Shown: positions 59,875 to 64,000 of the stretch, one piece after another
How positions within the stretch are numbered: position 1 is the first letter of the stretch
How the letters are laid out: each line of letters begins with the position of its first letter
Assembly (NCBI GenBank): GCA_947496375.1
Contig: CANMCY010000002.1
Location: 127,116-191,115 of the forward strand
Reading direction: 5' to 3'
DNA: 64,000 nt
Origin: Flavobacteriales bacterium
GTDB taxonomy: Bacteria > Bacteroidota > Bacteroidia > NS11-12g > UBA955
Notes under the pieces: model-generated
What the model was told of the DNA's origin: nothing
What the model saw: the letters and a program-made list of their open reading frames with translations, nothing else
Databases searched by the model: none
Program-made: the position numbers and the translations under genes

Positions 59875-60506
59875 TAAATCATGCGTACCACCTCAAACAC
59901 CTCAGCCAGGGGCAGTCCCACTTGAACCCCACGCACTTTGGCCAAACTTTGAATGAAATCAGGTTTCATGTAGGGGCGGTGTGCCTGGCTTTTGTAGCAA
60001 GCCAACGCGCGCATTTTAGCGTCTACATGTTTTTGCTCCAGGGAATAAAACAGGGTGGTTTTAAATTCAAAATTATTCCAAGGCAATTCATAACAAAGCA
60101 ACGTCGAAAATTTAAAAGCCCGCACAGCTTCTTGGGCAATGGTATAATGATCCTGGTGAATGTCATTAACACTCGGCACAAAAACCACATCCGGTTTAAT
60201 TTTATTCCGTAAATTCAGAATATCATCCAGAATTTCCTGGCGGTGAAAATTGAAAGTGCGTACATCGTAATCAAACAGGTGCAGATTTTCTGCAGGAATA
60301 CCCAATTCCCGGGTAGATGCCTTAATTTCCTGAACAAGCACATCTTCCGGAAACCCTTCCAGAACACTGTGTCTGCAAGCCGAAAATGCGGCTATATGGA
60401 CCTGGTTGCCTTGTTCCAGCAGCAGTTTTATGGTTCCGCCACAGCCCAGTTCGGCATCGTCGGTGTGGGGTGAAAGAATGAGGATGGATTTGTTTGTAAA
60501 TTTCAA
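59871..60506 (-). CDS. PIG-L / LmbE-family N-acetylglucosaminyl deacetylase
   Basis: ILSPHTDDAELGCGGTI (HxDD...G) and the HQDH motif. Confidence 0.85.
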   Translation of the reverse strand: MKFTNKSILILSPHTDDAELGCGGTIKLLLEQGNQVHIAAFSACRHSVLEGFPEDVLVQEIKASTRELGIPAENLHLFDYDVRTFNFHRQEILDDILNLRNKIKPDVVFVPSVNDIHQDHYTIAQEAVRAFKFSTLLCYELPWNNFEFKTTLFYSLEQKHVDAKMRALACYKSQAHRPYMKPDFIQSLAKVRGVQVGLPLAEVFEVVRMIY

Positions 60507-60510
60507 TTTT

Positions 60511-61761
60511 TTAATTTGGTTTTAGGTAAGGTATAATTTTCTTTGTTAAGTTTTCAATGCTATATTCATTAATGTCCAATTCCTTGTTAAAAGTCAATTC
60601 ATGACTAATTAACTCTAAAAGACGTTTTTTTATTGTTCCTTTATAAATGCCAAAACCAATCTTATTTTTTTCAACAAAATCAGTAGTTGGTCCTGGCTCA
60701 GAAAAAACAATAATAGGTTTTCTTAATGCTATTGCCTCATAGAATTTTGTGCTTTTTGAGTATTTTAAATCATCAGTTAAAAATAACATAGAATAATCAG
60801 CATTTAAGGAATCAACAATGGCATCATTAAATTTCTTTATACCACTATATCTAATAATCTGGTGATTATGTGTTATTTCTTGAAACCATGACGGAATCTC
60901 TCCCATAAAATTAAATTCCAATCTATTATAAATTTCAATGTTTTCAACCCTAATTTGGTCTAAAGCCTGCACAAATTCTGTAAAAACAATTTCAGTTTTA
61001 TTATACAGGGTACCTGAAAAGCTAAATATTATTTTATCCGTTTTTTTTAAATCCTCTTCTAAAACATGTATTTTATTATAGTCATGCGGATCAAACCCAT
61101 TTGGCAGCGTTACACATTTTTCATGCCCTGCAGATAATAGATGCTTAAAATGATTTTTCATTTCTTCAGAAACAGCAAATACAGTGTCATATTCTCTCAA
61201 AACAAACTTTTCTAGGTCTTGTTCATATTTCAATGATTCATCATTTAAACCGGAAAAACCAAATGAAGTTTGATTATTAGACCATGGGTCCCGAAAATCA
61301 ACAATGAAATTAACGTGTGGGAAATATTTTTTTACTTCAATAATTTCAGCAGCCATGTGAAACGGTCCTACTGTAACTAAAATATTGTTTACGCCATTAT
61401 TTATTTCCTTTTTTATAAGAGGTAATATTTTTTTTCCAAAACCTATAGAATAGTCATAAAAGTTTTGATTCTTGTAATTGCTTTTTACCTTAATTAATGC
61501 TAATCTATACCTGATTTTTTGAAATACCGTATCAGGCCGAGTCATTAAGATGGTTGGATAAGTCATTTTTTCATATAAAACAGGAATTTCAGATTGTAAA
61601 TCATTATTCCATTGGCTATCCGACAACCCGTCTTTTTTGGCTGCTATAACCCTACAATCAACCCCATTTTTATTTAAGTACTTTGAGAATTTAACCCATC
61701 TTCTTCCACCAATTCCGGAATATGGTGGAAAAGTAAAGCTCACAATGAGTAGGCGTATCAT
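60511..61761 (-). CDS. Glycosyltransferase (GT4-like). The gene is strongly AT-rich.
   Basis: N-terminal FPPYSGIGGRRW, which matches the GT4 N-terminal sugar-donor pocket. Its GC content is far below the flanking genes. Confidence 0.65.
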   Translation of the reverse strand: MIRLLIVSFTFPPYSGIGGRRWVKFSKYLNKNGVDCRVIAAKKDGLSDSQWNNDLQSEIPVLYEKMTYPTILMTRPDTVFQKIRYRLALIKVKSNYKNQNFYDYSIGFGKKILPLIKKEINNGVNNILVTVGPFHMAAEIIEVKKYFPHVNFIVDFRDPWSNNQTSFGFSGLNDESLKYEQDLEKFVLREYDTVFAVSEEMKNHFKHLLSAGHEKCVTLPNGFDPHDYNKIHVLEEDLKKTDKIIFSFSGTLYNKTEIVFTEFVQALDQIRVENIEIYNRLEFNFMGEIPSWFQEITHNHQIIRYSGIKKFNDAIVDSLNADYSMLFLTDDLKYSKSTKFYEAIALRKPIIVFSEPGPTTDFVEKNKIGFGIYKGTIKKRLLELISHELTFNKELDINEYSIENLTKKIIPYLKPN

Positions 61762-61849
61762 TTAAATATGTTTTTCAATTTACTTACAAAAGGAGTCAAT
61801 AAATATCCGTAATTTTCGGGCTTTTTCAAAAAATCCTCTTAACAACCAC

Positions 61850-63748
61850 TCATTTCAAAAGTTGTGCGTTTATCTCTTGCCAAATCCTTTGGCTTTTTTT
61901 GAGATCAAATGTCTCATTCGGATTTGTTTTCTTTAATTCTGAGAGTTCTGAAGAAGGGAGAACCATCAGGTCTTCCTTGAAATTGGTTGAACTCAACATA
62001 TCCATCATCCATTCTTTTAGCGGCCCATTTGCCCAATGCTCAATGGGGCTGCCGATTCCCACCTTAAACGTTCTTTTTCTGATTCCTTCAGCCATTCGTC
62101 CTTTCATGGCTTCCCTTAAAATACGTTTATTAAAGCCACCGCCAATTTTTGCTTCTGTGGGCAACGAGAACAAATATGTTACCAAACGCCAGTCCATAAA
62201 TGGCATGCGTATTTCTACCCCATGCATCATACCCGCCCTATCAAAATTGCCTAAAATGGTGGGAAGTGAATTAACAAACGTTTCAAAATACAACAGCCGC
62301 TGCGGATAGGGTAGTTGACCCAATTGATAATCTTCACCCAAGCCCAGCAGCATGGGATGGTTTTCCAGATTGTCTTTGGGCCTGTTCTTTAGATACGACC
62401 CCAATTTGTATTTTAATCTTTTGATAGGGTTTTTTGCAATTTCCCTTAATACGTTCAAATTACTATAAACCCTTTCCCTTTCAGACTCGGCATAAGTTTC
62501 CACAATAATATCAGAGAGTGACAATGCCAACTTGGTTGAGCCTTCAGAAAAATAATGATGATAAAGACGGTACAACATATCGCGATAACCATACATCATT
62601 TCATCTACCGCATGACCATCAAGTGATACAGAGATGCCATTTTTCTTCATGCCCTCATAAATGCCGGCTATGGAAGTAATAGGAGCAGTTGAAATTGCAT
62701 CAAACATCATGGTATCCGCGGCCACCCTATCCGGAAGATTGTTTTCATTTTGCTCCAGATAGGTTACAGGTCCACCAGTAAATGCAACCGCTTCCTCCGC
62801 ATATTTTCGTTCATCCATGGCCAAACCAGGAAATGTAGCCACAAATGCCTGTTGACTGTTTTTGTGTGAACGTTCAAATGACTCTGTATTTAGCAAATGA
62901 TGAACCATGGAGTAAACACTGCTGGAATCCAATCCCCCGCTAAGTGCAGTTCCTATGGGAACATCACTGATTAATCTAAGACGACAAGCATCCTTGAACA
63001 ATTCATAAAAACATTCCGTTTGTTCCCGGAAGGATTTGGGAATGTTGTTATGAAGATGGTTTGAAATGTGCCACCAACGTTTTTGCTGCAATGGTTTATT
63101 CGCGGAAACCACCGCATAATGCCCGGGAAGAATCTGTTTTATGTTTTGAAAAATGGAGTAGCCTGACCCATCTATTGGGATTCCGGCAACCTGTAAATCC
63201 AGATACGTTTTATTTAAACTGCGCTGAAATCCCTCCAGATGTTTAAACGCCCGTGTTTCACTGGCAAAAGCAATTATTTTACCCGGTATATGCAAATAAT
63301 ACAAGGGCTTTATCCCAAAACGATCCCTGCATAGGATGAGTTCTTTTCGCAATTCATCCCAAATGGCCATGGCCCACATCCCGTTAAATTTATCAAGAGA
63401 CTGAATTCCCCATTTATCCCAAGCAGCTAAAATCACCTCTGTATCCGTATTCGACTTAAATTCATAGCCCAATGTTTCTAATTCTGCTTTTATTTCACCA
63501 AAATTGAAAACTTCCCCATTGTAGGTGATGGTATATCTTCCATTGTCAGATAACATAGGCTGTTTACCCAAATCAGACAAATCGAGAATGGACAAACGCC
63601 TGTGTCCAAGGCCCAGGGTGTTGTTTTCTAAAAGTGTATAGCCGCCGCCATCAGGTCCTCTGTTGGCCATAGAATCCGTAAACGTTTTTAGTTTTTGCTC
63701 TGTAACGGCAGTGCCGTCAAGATGCCATATTCCTGCAATTCCGCACAT
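61850..63748 (-). CDS. Asparagine synthase-like, glutamine-hydrolysing amidotransferase, paralogue 2
   Basis: MCGIAGIW N-terminal nucleophile, and PP-loop SGGLDSS. Confidence 0.85.
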   Translation of the reverse strand: MCGIAGIWHLDGTAVTEQKLKTFTDSMANRGPDGGGYTLLENNTLGLGHRRLSILDLSDLGKQPMLSDNGRYTITYNGEVFNFGEIKAELETLGYEFKSNTDTEVILAAWDKWGIQSLDKFNGMWAMAIWDELRKELILCRDRFGIKPLYYLHIPGKIIAFASETRAFKHLEGFQRSLNKTYLDLQVAGIPIDGSGYSIFQNIKQILPGHYAVVSANKPLQQKRWWHISNHLHNNIPKSFREQTECFYELFKDACRLRLISDVPIGTALSGGLDSSSVYSMVHHLLNTESFERSHKNSQQAFVATFPGLAMDERKYAEEAVAFTGGPVTYLEQNENNLPDRVAADTMMFDAISTAPITSIAGIYEGMKKNGISVSLDGHAVDEMMYGYRDMLYRLYHHYFSEGSTKLALSLSDIIVETYAESERERVYSNLNVLREIAKNPIKRLKYKLGSYLKNRPKDNLENHPMLLGLGEDYQLGQLPYPQRLLYFETFVNSLPTILGNFDRAGMMHGVEIRMPFMDWRLVTYLFSLPTEAKIGGGFNKRILREAMKGRMAEGIRKRTFKVGIGSPIEHWANGPLKEWMMDMLSSTNFKEDLMVLPSSELSELKKTNPNETFDLKKSQRIWQEINAQLLK

Positions 63749-64000
63749 GTATTAATTTTTATATTTATGGCTAACAGTTATTTTAATCTTATGCATAATT
63801 TACAGTTTTTTTATAATTATGTTAATTATATTAATTTGTTTTCTTTATCAAATAACTATATTAACGTTCAACACAAGAATGCATATTAAAAATTAGAATA
63901 TTTTGGGTAAAAAAAATTTCAAGAGTAAATAAAATCTAACTTTTTTATGAAATTGTCCTCGTTATAAACACATTTTGAGTCCATACTCGATGAAGGAATT

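Noticed and set aside
49879-63748. Two AsnB-like genes annotated as housekeeping asparagine synthetase asnB
   Set aside because: Both sit inside a glycosyltransferase locus, so sugar amidation is more likely. I therefore left the gene symbol empty rather than call them asnB.

Overview
This 64-kb window is chromosomal DNA that is most likely from a Bacteroidota genome of the Chitinophagaceae or Sphingobacteriia type. The evidence is several proteins with type IX secretion system (T9SS) C-terminal sorting domains, a TonB-dependent receptor with an N-terminal carboxypeptidase-like region, TAnnTTTG-like -7 promoter boxes, and overall GC near 45-50% with a few AT-rich islets.

The window is gene dense, with about 55 coding sequences. 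I found no rRNA, tRNA or CRISPR array.

Housekeeping genes include hflX, gap, tyrS, gatA, tatA, frr, purK, a 3-hydroxyanthranilate dioxygenase, a fumarylacetoacetate hydrolase family enzyme and an MsbA-like ABC exporter.

There are two cell-surface glycan regions:
- A Wzz/Wza/rfbA/rfbD export operon at 18.3-25.4 kb, with an embedded di-iron acyl-ACP desaturase-like gene.
- A roughly 15-kb glycan assembly locus at 48.7-63.7 kb. It holds five GT4 glycosyltransferases, a Wzy-like polymerase, two AsnB-like amidotransferases, and a tightly coupled GT / PIG-L deacetylase / ATP-grasp ligase triad. A RelE/ParE toxin-antitoxin pair is inserted in it.

A conserved but uncharacterised envelope module lies at 25.4-32.5 kb: DUF58, MoxR AAA+ ATPase, DUF4350, DUF4129, a SpoIIM-like membrane protein and a divergent RDD protein.

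The most unusual sequence-level feature is a low-GC 1.5-kb cassette at 5980-7505. It is bounded by two direct copies of a roughly 70-bp repeat that carries three hairpins. It also holds GC-rich hairpin modules, iteron-like repeats, a small lipoprotein gene, and an XRE regulator gene interrupted by an in-frame TAA.

The most interesting functional candidates are:
- the GT / PIG-L / ATP-grasp triad, which follows the biosynthetic logic of mycothiol and bacillithiol and may build an aminoacyl-glucosamine;
- the repeat-flanked cassette;
- the MoxR/RDD envelope module.

All product calls come from motifs I recognise by eye in the translations. No database search was run.
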